Shown: positions 1 through 10,657 of the stretch, piece after piece
Layout: each line of letters starts with the position of its first letter
How positions within the stretch are numbered: the stretch's first letter is position 1
Source: Lophium mytilinum
Lineage: Eukaryota
Direction: 5' to 3'
Length of the DNA: 20,000 nt
Assembly: GCA_010093605.1 (NCBI GenBank)
Contig: MU004190.1
Coordinates: 1,927,133 to 1,947,132 of the forward strand
Translations under genes and position numbers: made by a program
Notes under the pieces: generated by a model
Told to the model about the DNA's origin: nothing
The model's database searches: none
The model's input: only the letters and a program-made list of their open reading frames with translations

Positions 1-1550
1 TGGCAACAGCGTTTTGTCGTTTGCATCCTGGATTGCTTGCTTCCATTTCTCCTCGGCATTTCGCTTCGGCTCGACAGATTTGATAGCTTCACTCTGCATC
101 TTCTTGAGCAAATCGACGACAATGTCTACTTGGCTTTCTATGAACACTGGGCCGTTCGTAAACGCTGTCGGCGCTGTTCTGAGCGTCAGTGGGGTCAGCT
201 GTAGGATGGAATAAGAGTCTTGCCTTGAGGCCCATATATCATAAACAGATTCGGGCAGCCACTACTGCAGAGACCCAAATGGGTGAAGACGCCATCCTTC
301 CATCTTTCTCGGAAAGTCACACCGTCTTTGCCATGGATATTCATATTTGTGAGACTTCCAGTCATTGCATCAAAGCCAGTAGCCATCACGATGGTGTCGA
401 ACTCGCGTTCCACCCCATCTTTGCAAATGATGCCCTTTTCCGTTATTTCCAGGATGGCATTGGCTTTCAGGTCAACGACGTCAACATTGTCCTGGTCGAT
501 ACACTCATAGTAGTCCTGCTCCAGACTGCTTCGCTTCGTCCCAAAGGCAAAGGGCGCCTCTTTAGGCACTAGGAAAGCCAATTTCTCGGGATTCTTCAGC
601 CTCGGGCGCGTCTTCTTCGCCCAGAACTCATACATGAGCTTGTTAGCCCTCTGATCGACCAAGAAGTCCCGATAGTTCGCTTGGTTGAAGTTGAATCCGC
701 CGCGGTTCCATAGCTCCTCCCAGAGCTCTTCGCGTTCTTCATCATTCAAGTCAAACACGGAGCCGACTTGAGGATCGTAGCCAAGCCCAGACTTGGTCTT
801 ACGGCAGTGGGCAAACATGCTGCGGTACGTGGCCTTGCTGATACGTTGCTCGAATTCGTCCAGCGGACGCTGGAACATGGGCAACGAGATGCTGGCAGTG
901 CGAATGTAGACAGTCAGTTGGCGTGCCTCCTTTGCTATCTCTTGAGTACACTGAACCGCAGTTGCGCCCGATCCAACGACGGCCACACGCTTGTCTTTCG
1001 TATCCGCAACCTCAGGCCAGCGGGTTGAATGGATAAGCTGGCCCTTGAAACTATCTAGGCCTTTGAAGTCGGGATAGTGTGGCTTGAACGAGCTGCCAGT
1101 GGCGCAAATAAGGTACTTGCATACGGCTTTCTTCCCACTCTCGGTTGTGACGGTCCATCTTGCAAACGATTCGTCGTACGTTGCGTTCACGACATTGGCG
1201 GAATAGGTTATGTCTTTCGACAGATGCAGGGTGTCGTCTACATGCTTGAAGTAGGCTTTCAACTCGTCTCCGCTTGGGAATCGCTCAGACCAGGTCCATT
1301 TTCGCCAGACTTCGGGCATCGAGAATTGGTAGTAAGGAATCTCGGAATCAACGCGGGCTCCAGGGTAGTTGTTCCAATGCCAGACTCCGCCAAGAGTAGA
1401 GCCTGCTTCAAAAACATGAACCCGGTAACCCAGGCGACGGAGCTGGTAGAGTCCGTAGCATCCGCCGAAGCCAGCACCGATGATGAGGACATCGAGCTCG
1501 CCTGCCCCGCTGTCGCCGTTGGTCATGGAGTTTGCGGAAGCGGAAGGCAT
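1..1550 (-). CDS. Type I Baeyer-Villiger monooxygenase (BVMO1, cyclohexanone/cyclopentanone monooxygenase-like), 3' end outside the window; exons 1550-224 and 173-<1
   Basis: Motifs: GAGFGG (FAD Rossmann), GGVWHWNNYPGARVD, fingerprint FKGQLIHSTRWP (FxGxxxHxxxWP), GSGATA (NADP), GTKRSSLE, ATGFD. Removing a 50-nt GC-AG intron (223-174, CTGAC branch site) restores YGPQ-APTAFTNGPVFIESQVD, and the frame stays open to the window edge. Confidence 0.95.
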
Positions 1551-1812
1551 GTCGAAACTCGGCTACGGATGAGGAACTGTTGTACCCGCGAAAATGCAGA
1601 ACACGTCAAAGATGTCTAGTCGCGCAAGACAAATCACATCAATGAAGCTTTAGAATGAATCGTAAGATATAGAGCGATATTTCAATGGGTCGGTTGTAGT
1701 CGGACAATGTCCTTGCGCGCCGAACGATGTTGGCCTGACCGTCCATGGCCTGACTGGACGATGCCGACACAGCCAGTAGTATGTGCTAGCTGCATCATGG
1801 TGAGGGGCGGAG

Positions 1813-1891
1813 AGGGATATCCCTGGGCCTGGGGCGAAGCGAAATGCGGAGTACTCTAGTCTCTCCGCTGCAGTGGCGCCGGATATCCGGC
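1813..1891. promoter_or_regulatory. Two GGATATCC-centred palindromes in the BVMO1/SDR divergent promoter; candidate Zn2Cys6 binding sites
   Basis: AGGGATATCCCT (1813-1824) and GCCGGATATCCGGC (1878-1891) are perfect palindromes. The second contains the CGG triplets typical of Zn-cluster factor sites. Function is inferred. Confidence 0.35.
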
Positions 1892-2055
1892 CCTTGCCGA
1901 GGTGCCTCAACTGCATCTCCATGGTCGGGAACAATAGCCGACCGCTGTAGTGGTGTGATGCGTAGCAACACGCAGTCCTTTGGGGCTTTGAACGTTAACA
2001 AGTTCATTCGCGCCGCTGCCATTGCTCCTCTACCGCCTTCCACGTGCTGTTAACC

Positions 2056-3284
2056 ATGAGTGCTGCTCCGCGGACCAACTTTCCCAATGGGATGCTCGCA
2101 GGTTAGTCTTCTAGTCTTAGTGCAGAACTGGCGGTTGAGCTAATCAAGTTCGATATCAGGGCAGACCGCTATCATCACAGGCGCGGCTCAGGGCATAGGT
2201 GCTGAAACCGCTGCGATCCTCGCACACGAGGGGTGCAAGGTTGTGATCGCCGACATCGACGCCGGTATTTCTCCATCGAAATACTAGAGCGGAAATTATG
2301 CTAATTCTGAGTGTAGGAAAGGCCGAGAAGACTGCGCAGGCCATCATTTCTGAAGGTGGCTCTGCGATCGCGGTTGGGGGAGACATCACAAATAATGAGT
2401 CTATCGACAAGCTGATACAGCAGACCGTGGAATTCAGCAACGGTAAGATTCATATCATCATCAATAATGCAGGCTACGCATGGGATGATCCCGTTGAGAA
2501 GATTGGTGACAAGCAGTGGGGTGAGTGATTCCTCCAATCTAGCGTCTTTGTTTGCTTCTGATAGAGCAAGACACCATCATTGCGCTGCATAATACGGCAC
2601 CATTCAAACTCGTGCGGGCGGCAGCACCATATTTTATGGTCAAAGACGGCGAGCCGAGATCAATCGTTAATATCTCGTCGACATCCGGCATTCACGGTAA
2701 TGCTGGGCAAGCCAGCTATGCTCTGGCTAAGGCAGGATTGGTTGGCCTCACGAAGACACTAGCCCAAGAATGGGGACCTGAGTATGGAGTGAGAGCCAAC
2801 AGTATGTATCCAATTCAAGGGTTACCCTAATACTGTTGACGCTGATTATTCCCACTACAGCTGTCGCTTTCGGAGCCATTAAGACTAGACTCACGCAGGC
2901 TCCCGCAGAAGAAAGCTTTGTAATCAGGGCAGATGGCACTAAGCACGCTGTTGGATTCCATGGCGGCTACGACGAAGAGGAGAAATGGTTAGTGCGCCCG
3001 CTCATCTGAATCTGTCTGCTTGAGCTCACCTGCCTGTCTGCATAGGGTTGGCGATATTCCTCTCCGCCGGATCGGATCCCCCACCGACGCTGGGCGAGCT
3101 ATTCTGGCAGTAGTATCTCCGCTTTTCTCATACGTGACTGGCCAGGTAAGTCAGACAATCATCTGCGGCCATAAACATTCTAATCGCCTCTTATTCAGAC
3201 AATCATGGTAAGCGCTCTTCACTGGGCTCTCAAAACTCAGGCAGTAACAATAGAAAGGTCTCGGGGGGTAGAGGTGGTATGTAG
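2056..3284 (+). CDS. Classical short-chain dehydrogenase/reductase (FabG/3-oxoacyl-ACP reductase-like), ~282 aa; exons 2056-2101, 2160-2264, 2317-2520, 2571-2801, 2861-2987, 3046-3145, 3199-3207, 3258-3284
   Basis: Spliced translation gives TGAAQGIG, VIADID (acidic residue suggests NAD(H)), NNAG, NISS, YALAK (YxxxK), GVRANTVAFG, IPLRRIGSP and YVTGQTIMVSGGRGGM*. Seven GT-AG introns of ~50-59 nt; total 849 nt, in frame. Confidence 0.9.
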
Positions 3285-3557
3285 CGTGAAAGACATCCGT
3301 GTGATAGAACGCCATTTACATAGAGACGCTAAAATAAATCTATGCCCAAATTTCAATGGAATAATGATATTTAAGAATGTTGATTGATTGGCAAGTCATT
3401 TATCTATAGGTTAAATTTCAATGAGCTAACGCCAGTTCCCCTCTGGTCACAAATATCAGGTATTGTCAATAGTCAGGAATTGTATGGTTTGTGTTGAAAG
3501 GTGAGGTGCATCTCTATGAAATAGAGGAACAGCGTCGCTGAGAAGTCATAGATACTG

Positions 3558-5297
3558 CTACAACGCCGCTACCGCTTTCTTGGGCAAGGAAGATGCGATG
3601 CCGTCGCTCTTTGCCTCAACGCCCGCGGCAGGAAAGAAGTTCATACTCGCCCAATTGGACTTGTACTCATTCTCGAGCCAAGAAGCCCAAGTCGGGACAC
3701 CACCGAAATAAAATAACACAGTAGAAATCTTTCCAGGTATGTTCGCACCGACGAACCAAGCGTGATTCGCTTTGGCAGACTCTGCAAATAGGGTAGCTCT
3801 AAAGGCCTCATCGAGCTGCGAAGACCACGCGTCCACCGCCTTCTGCGTAACTTCAATTTTGGCGAGATTGTTCTTTTGCATGTGCTGAATGGTCTTGCCA
3901 ATCCAATTCACTTCGATGTCCAAGACAATTGGCATATTCCCAAAGGGTATATGGGGACCACAGACGAGAAACATATTAGGAAATCTAGGGACGAGGGTTC
4001 CGGCGAACGTTTCGAGGCTTTTTGACCAAATTTCTCCCAGTGATGCGTTTTGACTGCCACGAACGTCCATCTCAGCAAGTGCACCAGTGGCGGCATCGAA
4101 ACCCAGGGCGAAAATGATGATGTCGAACTCGTATTTAGCTCCGGAGTTGGTCTGGATGCCATTTTCGTACATGTCAATTTCGTCATGACTTATGTCCACC
4201 AACTTTACGTTCGGCCGATTGTATGCCTCGTAGTAGAAATGTCCACAGGGCGGACGCTTTGATAGAAAGGGATATTTGGGAGACAGCAACTCCGCCGTGG
4301 CCGGGTCTTTGACGACGGCGGCAATCTTGCGGCGAATATACTCCGAGGCAACGTCATTGGACTCCTGGTCGGTGAAGAGATCATCGAATGTCTCAAACTG
4401 ATAATGGAAGCCACCATTTTCCCAGCCGGAGTCCAAGACTTGTTTGATCTTGTCGGCGTCTCCCACACTCTTGATGGTGTGGCCAGTGGAGTTCATGGCC
4501 AATCCAAACGGATGTTCTTGTGCTTGTTTCCAGTTGGCATTGAAGCCTTGCTTGATATCGACAGCTTGATACTCGTCGATTACATAATTGCGGCCGGGAA
4601 GCACGTAGTTCGGTGTGCGCTGGAACACAGTCAACTGCTTGGCTATGGGGGCGATCTTGGGGATTATCTGGACGCCGGTGGCGCCAGTTCCGACAACGGC
4701 GACGCGCTTTCCGCGAAAATCGATCTTGTCCTTGGGCCAGGTAGATGACTGGTACCACTTCCCTTTGTACGACTTGAGGCCCGCGAAGGGAGGTTCCTTG
4801 GCAATCGACAATGGTCCAGTGGCGGCGAGGAAGTAGCGGCAAGTCGAGGACGACCCCTTGGCGGTGGTGATGGTCCATAAATTGTCGCTGTCGCTATAGT
4901 GCGCAGCTTTGATTTCTGTATTGAAATCGATCTGTTTGCGCAGATCGAAGCGATCTGAGTTCTTAGAATTAGAGGCTGGCCAAATGGAGGGGTTGGGACA
5001 GAACTAACCCACAACACGGCCCATATACTGCTGGACCTCTTGCTGAGAAGGATACCGTTCGCTGTATTGCCACTCCTCCCTCACCTCTGGCGCGAAGTTC
5101 AGAGCGTAAACCCAGGCCTCACTATCCGTCCGGGCTCCTGGGTAGCGGTTCCAGTACCACGCCCCGCCTACGTCTGATCCAGCCTCGAAACATTTTGCAG
5201 TCAGGCCTTGCTGGCCCAGTTCCCAGAGCGACCGGATGCCAGAGAAGCCAGCGCCGGCGACAATGGCATCGTAGTCTGCGGTCTTGGGTGAAGTCAT
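3558..5297 (-). CDS. Type I Baeyer-Villiger monooxygenase (BVMO2), ~561 aa; exons 5297-5009 and 4954-3558
   Basis: Motifs: [23 protein letters not shown], variant fingerprint [47 protein letters not shown] 54-nt intron (GTTAGT...CTAAT...CAG, 5008-4955) joins the two ORFs in frame (1686 nt). Confidence 0.95.
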
Positions 5298-5704
5298 GGG
5301 TATGCAGGTTGGTGACGCCGGTCGGGTTTCGATCAGGGCTTCAGCTACTGAGGCACGATTTACTCTGTTGTCAAGATATCAAATATCAAATGTCTGGGGA
5401 TTCGATCTCAGCAGTATCTACTATGCGTAGGCCTAGGTTCGCGCGTGAGGATGTGCCTGACGCGTCGCAGCGGCTGGCATGGGTATGGATAACGGCCCGG
5501 CGTGGACCGAGACGAGGAAATCCGGGCCATTGCATCTTGACGGACAGCAGTTGGCCATGCTGGTATTTCCGAGGGTGCTGTGCCACTGCTGGAGGGTGTC
5601 TGCTCGGATCCCAAGAAGTGCGGAGAAGCGGGGGCGGCGGCTTGGGGCAGCGGCGTGCAGCGATTTGCACGGGGATCTCGAGACGAGCTGCCGGCGATGC
5701 CCTA

Positions 5705-5930
5705 CCGTATGCTCTCGAAACAGTGAGACGCCACTCTTGGCACGCTATCTCAAGCATAAATTTTCAGCGTATCACGTCAACGCCAGCGACATGAATTGTG
5801 GGCCACCCGCCCCTGAGCCAGTCTGACAACTCCGCTAGGAGTCTGCTAGGATCTACCCCCAACGCTTTTTAGTTTAGGGGATCGACTAGCGGTGCCAAGC
5901 CTGGAGTCTCACTGTTTCCAGAGCATACGG
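5705..5930. mobile_element. 226-bp MITE, probably Tc1/mariner-pogo derived
   Basis: Imperfect 43/44-bp terminal inverted repeats: CCGTATGCTCTCGAAACAGTGAGACGCCACTCTTGGCACGCTA at 5705-5747 and the reverse complement of 5887-5930 (4 mismatches, 1 indel). Flanked by TA at 5703-5704 and 5931-5932. Confidence 0.8.
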
Positions 5931-6171
5931 TAGCCTGTCGGCGTTGGCCGACGCGCACCCCGCGCGACCGGGCGTCCTTGCCGTCGCCGCGTGCAGCGCA
6001 CGCGGCTGCACGCGATGCCCGCCGTGCCCAATTCCCCACATTTCTCCACGCCTACCCCATGGGGCGCCGGCTAATGAGGCCCTCGTCGGTCGACATCCCC
6101 GAGCAACGTTGGCCGTCCTCCTCCTCTGAACGTCCACGCCATCTTGTGTGTGCCTCTGTCAACCTGATCCA

Positions 6172-8343
6172 ATGCCTTTGCCAACGGCGGAGCGACCTGG
6201 GGCTTCGGGGCCCTTGCATCGTGCTTCAGTCGCCTGCAAGACGTGTCGCCTGCGCAAGGTCAAGGCAAGCCTCCCGCTCTCTGCACCGTCTCGCATCCCC
6301 ACTGACGCTTGCTCTCCAGTGCGATGCCCAGTTCGCCCCGTCAGAAGAAGGGTGTGGCCCATGTCGGCGCGCTGGGCAGCAATGCCTGCTCGACCCTCAG
6401 TCGGATGGGAGACGACGCACCTCAGTCAGCCGCAAGTTCGTCGCCGACCTCCAACAGCGCATACAGATGCTCGAAGCCCTCAACCAGGGCCTTCCCCCCC
6501 ACAGGTTCGTGCTCTCTGCACCAAGCACAATGCATCCTCCGTCGCACCGGACTTTCATGCGCGGTGCATGGCTGACTGTCTCCAGCACTGTGCCATCGAC
6601 CAACTCCGCTGGCGCAGCACCTATTTCAAGCACCTCTACTCTCATGTCGCCGCCCGCTCTGCCTGCTTCAACCTTGCTCAACCGAGAGTCCCCAGAAAAC
6701 GTCCCTGGTGGATCACCAACCTTCTTCGGCGCGACATCTCACCCCCACGTCACGTCACCCGGCGACGAGGCTTGGCCCGCTTCCTTCGACGACGACGTCG
6801 ATGCAGTCGGCATTGATCTCGACACGACCTCACCTCGTCTGCGGGACCACCTGCTCCAGGCCTACTTCAAGTACCAGACTCTGTGGGTAGACGTTGTCAA
6901 CAAGGAAACCTTCCTGACCCACCGCGCAAACGGCGACCGCCCCCGGTGGTACTCCAAGTTCCTGGAAAACGCCATGCTAGCATGCGGAACCCGTCTGAGC
7001 ACCTCGAAAGCGGTACGTGCGCTAGGTGTCAAGTATCTGGCGTGGGCCAAGGATGAAGTCTTGCGAGCCATGGCCGAGCCCACGCCCGCAAACCTGCAGG
7101 GCTTCTTGCTTCTGAGTGAATATGAAGTCACGCAGGGCAATGACCGCCCGGGCTGGATGTTTTGTGGTAAGTGTACTTGCGACGAACAGCCGCGAACCGT
7201 GTTCGGCTGACTGATGCAGGCGTGGCGTGTCGTATGCTGTCGGATCTGGGCCTTCACGAGCTTGCAAGCATCACTGGTCCCCCCCAGGCCGTCCAAGAGT
7301 CTGCCAAAGAAAGTGACCTTGCCTACGGTCTCTTATCCGCTTGCGTCGTCTACGAAGGAGTCTGGACGCTCTATCTCGGCAGGCCAAGCTCCATCCCATC
7401 ATCAGTCATGAACGTCGCAGCTTCGCGCTGCAAGGCGGGGCGCAAGTCGGATGCGCCATGGCTCAATGCCTGGGTAGGGCTCTGTGTACCAATGGCGGAG
7501 ATATCCCACGTACTGAACGAAGAATCGATCCGCGACTCTGACAGAGCGGCTTCGCTGCGCAAGCTTTTCAGTCAAGTCGAGGAGTGGTATGAAAACCTCC
7601 CGCCAGATCTCTCATACGACGAGAAGCGTCTGATCAATTTGGACCTTGCTGGATACGGCCTGCATACGCAGTACTGCAAAGTCCAGATACTCCTGCGGCA
7701 AGCACTGGCCAGGCCCTCGAACTCTAAAAAGCGGCGCCACTCCCAAATCGCACGCGAAAAAGAGCCTCTGCCACCCTCTGACAATACGAATGATATAATC
7801 TACAAGTACGCAGTCCGCATAGCCCGCCTGGTTGTCACATATCGCGAAGGGTTTGGGGTAGAGGAGATACCGTCCATTATGCTCGACAACGCCGTGGTGG
7901 CAGCCACGGAGATGTTACGACACCTCCGGAAGGCCGACGACGCCCCAGGAATGCAACAGCAGACGGTTTGGCTCCGCTACCTGCTCAAGAGCCTGGAAAC
8001 TGTGCAACCACACTTCCCAATCGTGCGACGCATGCTCGATTCTCTGAAACAGATTTGCGGAGACAACAGCCCGCTTTGCAGAATGTTCCCTTCCGCACGT
8101 CGGAACTCTGTCCACGCTCCTGCTCTTGGCCTACCGGCACAGAGTGACTCGTCATTCCAGGCCAGCCCCAGGCCAAATGTTGCCCAAGAAGTCTCGATTG
8201 GCGGCGGAGCCGGTGCAGAGATTGTCTGGGATAACATCGATTGCGATAGTATCTTCTCGTTTGGTAGATTTGACGACTTTGTGCTTCCGGACATCGCTCC
8301 TTCCGACTCTCTGATATCGCATCTAGCGCAGCAAGTCACCTGA
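6172..8343 (+). CDS. Zn(II)2Cys6 fungal transcription factor with middle-homology (fungal-specific TF) domain, ~660 aa; exons 6172-6264, 6320-6504, 6586-7166, 7220-8343
   Basis: Splicing a 55-nt GC-AG intron (6265-6319) gives CKTCRLRKVKCDAQFAPSEEGCGPCRRAGQQC (CX2CX6CX10CX2CX6C), followed by a coiled-coil (FVADLQQRIQMLE). Middle-homology motifs: LLQAYF, NLQGFLLLSEYE, GWMFCGVACRMLSDLGLH. The 81-nt intron 6505-6585 is in frame and less certain. Confidence 0.92.
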
Positions 8344-9041
8344 AATGCCGAAGCACGCCTTTGACAAGACATTATGTTATGGGCTCGGGCTTTGCCCGTG
8401 CCCTTAGCCTAGGGCCTATCAGGCCTGGGGCCTTGGCGGCGGCGCCGTGAGACGTGCGCGCCATAGCAGTGGCAGTTGCGAACGTATTGGGCGGTGTCAT
8501 TCGACATCCCATCCTAATGGTAGTCGCGGCGGATAATCTGGAAGGTCGTGGAATTGGGCGTCAAACTGGTGATGGGTGCCAGAGGTTGGCTTGGCGGAGT
8601 TGGTGCCGTATGTGCCCTGTTTGGTGATATGGCGGTCTTTGTCGACATGGGCCGCATTACAATACTCCTTCCAGGCGCGGAAGGCGCGGCGAACGTCTGG
8701 GTTCGCTGCGAACAGGTGGTCGTCTATATCGCATGTCTTCTTCCCACGATAGCAGGCCTCGTAAGCCGAGCCGGGGCCGGGGACGCACTTAGCCTATATA
8801 AACTTTTTTATTAATATAATATACTTATAGTATATTATTCTAGGGTAATACTAACTCTATATTCTCTTTTTACTTAAATTATACCTCTTTTTAACTCTAG
8901 TTATACCCCCCTTCTATTTAATTATCTAATTAGCTTAGTAGATTACTCTAAGACCTTTAATTTACTTACTAATATTTCTTACTAATTTTAAAATACTCTC
9001 TCTAAACCCTAAATATAGTATAGCTATAAATAATTACCTTT

Positions 9042-9120
9042 TTATTCTTATTCTTATTCTTATTCTTATTCTTATTCTTATTCTTATTCTTATTTTTATT
9101 CTTATTTTTATTTTTATTTT
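9042..9120 (+). repeat. (TTATTC)n microsatellite inside element A
   Basis: About 8 perfect TTATTC units decaying into TTATTT units. Confidence 0.9.
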
Positions 9121-9145
9121 TAATTTATATCTATATCTATACTAT

Positions 9146-9226
9146 ACCTAGATTTATATCTACTACTATATTTAGGCCTATATCTACTACTATATCTAGG
9201 CCTATATCTACTACTATATCTACTAC
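9146..9226 (+). repeat. 24-bp tandem repeat (CTAGGCCTATATCTACTACTATAT, ~3 copies) inside element A
   Basis: Direct reading of the repeated unit. Confidence 0.75.
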
Positions 9227-9475
9227 TTAGCTTAAAGTAAAAAATACTATAGAAAAAGCTAGTACTATAGAAGAAGGCTATATAGTAGTAATAGAGGTAG
9301 TAGTAATATAGTAGAGCTAGGCTTAATATAAAGAGGCTATAATAAAATAAAGTTTTAACTATTTTAGTATACTTCTAGGCGTATAGATATATATATAGTA
9401 ATATAATAGCCTATATTAATAGAAAATAAAAAATATATATAGTAAAATAAATATACTATATAGCTTTACTATAAC

Positions 9476-9575
9476 TATAGCCTTATATATAGCCTTATAT
9501 ATAGTTTTATATATAGCCTATATATATAGCCTTATATATAGTATATAGCCTTATTTATAGCTTTATATATAGCTA
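9476..9575 (+). repeat. ~12-bp tandem repeat (TATATATAGCCT-like, ~8 copies) inside element A
   Basis: Repeated tagccttatata units. Confidence 0.75.
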
Positions 9576-9856
9576 AATATAGGCTATTAAAAATAGTAGA
9601 AATATATAATAAAATAGTAAGGCTATATAGCCTACCTATTTTAAGTACTAAAGTAGTAATTTAAGCCCTTTAAGCTAATTAGATAATTAGATAGAAGGGG
9701 GGTATAACTAGAGTTAAAAAGAGATATAATTTAAGTAAAAAGAAGGTATAGAGTTAGTATTACTCTTATTCTATTATAGGTCTCTAGTATAAGTTTATTT
9801 TTATTTAAATTATTTTTAATATTATATTTACTAGCCTTCTAAAAAGTATAATAAAA

Positions 9857-10657
9857 GGCTAGTACTAGATAGCTAACCTCTTTTTACTATTTAGCTAATA
9901 CTATATTTCTATTTAGCCTATATATCTATCTAAAGACCTTTTACTATATTTTAATTAGCTTAAAGAGCTTAAAGAAAGCTCTAGCCTTTTACTTAATATA
10001 TATATAGTCTTTCTATTTAATATATAGGCTATATAGCCTTACTATTTAGTATATAGCTATATAACTATATATCTATCTACCTAGAAGAATATCTAAACTA
10101 TTAATTTTATATTTAATTAAGGCTTTTTTTCTATTACTACTAGCCTATAAGTATCTATATAAAGTTCTTATTAATAAGATTCTCTATATATTTATTAAAA
10201 TTCTTATTAGCTACCTTATAAGCTACCTTATAAGGCTATAGTAGAGCTATTAACTATACTATACTTTCTATAATAGGTTATAAACTCTATATCTATACTT
10301 CTAGTAAAGTAATCTTTTACTTAAAATCTACCTTTATATTTATATATTACTTCTTAGTAGAAGGGCCTAGTATTAAGTTTTTTAGTAGCCTACTATACTT
10401 TCTAGGCTAGTAATTAGGTAGCGGCTATAGCTCTATAAATAGTTCCTCTATAATATTAAAGAAGGTAGAGAAGGTAGAGAAGTAGGCTATTAAGTATATA
10501 AATATATAAATTTAAAATCTATCTATACTCTAAAGAAGCCGGCCTAATAAGTAAGCTAATTAAAATATAGTAAAAGGTTCTTAGATAGATATATAGGCTA
10601 AATAGAAATATAGTATTAGCTAAATAGTAAAAAGAGGTTAGCTACCTAGTACTAGCC
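9857..10657. mobile_element. Non-autonomous DNA transposon B (801 bp), 105-bp TIRs, 8-bp TSD; related to element A
   Basis: 9857-9961 is the reverse complement of 10553-10657 with 3 transition mismatches. Identical TAATAAAA at 9849-9856 and 10658-10665. Confidence 0.88.

Larger units (their letters stand above)
8843..9765. mobile_element. Non-autonomous DNA transposon A (923 bp), ~95-bp TIRs, 8-bp TSD; Mutator-like
   Basis: 8843-8937 is the near-perfect reverse complement of 9671-9765, differing only by transitions. Identical TTATTCTA at 8835-8842 and 9766-9773. Confidence 0.88.

Noticed and set aside
14..1619. Plus-strand ORFs (14-214, 189-572, 283-510, 768-1028, 1077-1619)
   Set aside because: Antisense shadows of the BVMO1 coding sequence with no recognisable motifs.
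3558..3569. BVMO2 C-terminal AAL as a peroxisomal PTS1
   Set aside because: Lacks the basic residue at position -2 of the (S/A/C)(K/R/H)(L/M) consensus.
5195..6137. ORFs 5195-5794, 5386-5757, 5479-5826 and 5886-6137; two share the peptide LPYALETVR
   Set aside because: GC-rich promoter DNA. The shared peptide is simply the two MITE TIRs read on opposite strands.
5978..6171. N-terminal part of the 410-aa ORF as the TF start
   Set aside because: The first half of the Zn cluster is in another frame starting at ATG 6172. The long ORF only becomes coding after the intron ending at 6319.
8548..8814. 88-aa plus-strand ORF
   Set aside because: Antisense to the more convincing Cys-motif frame on the minus strand.
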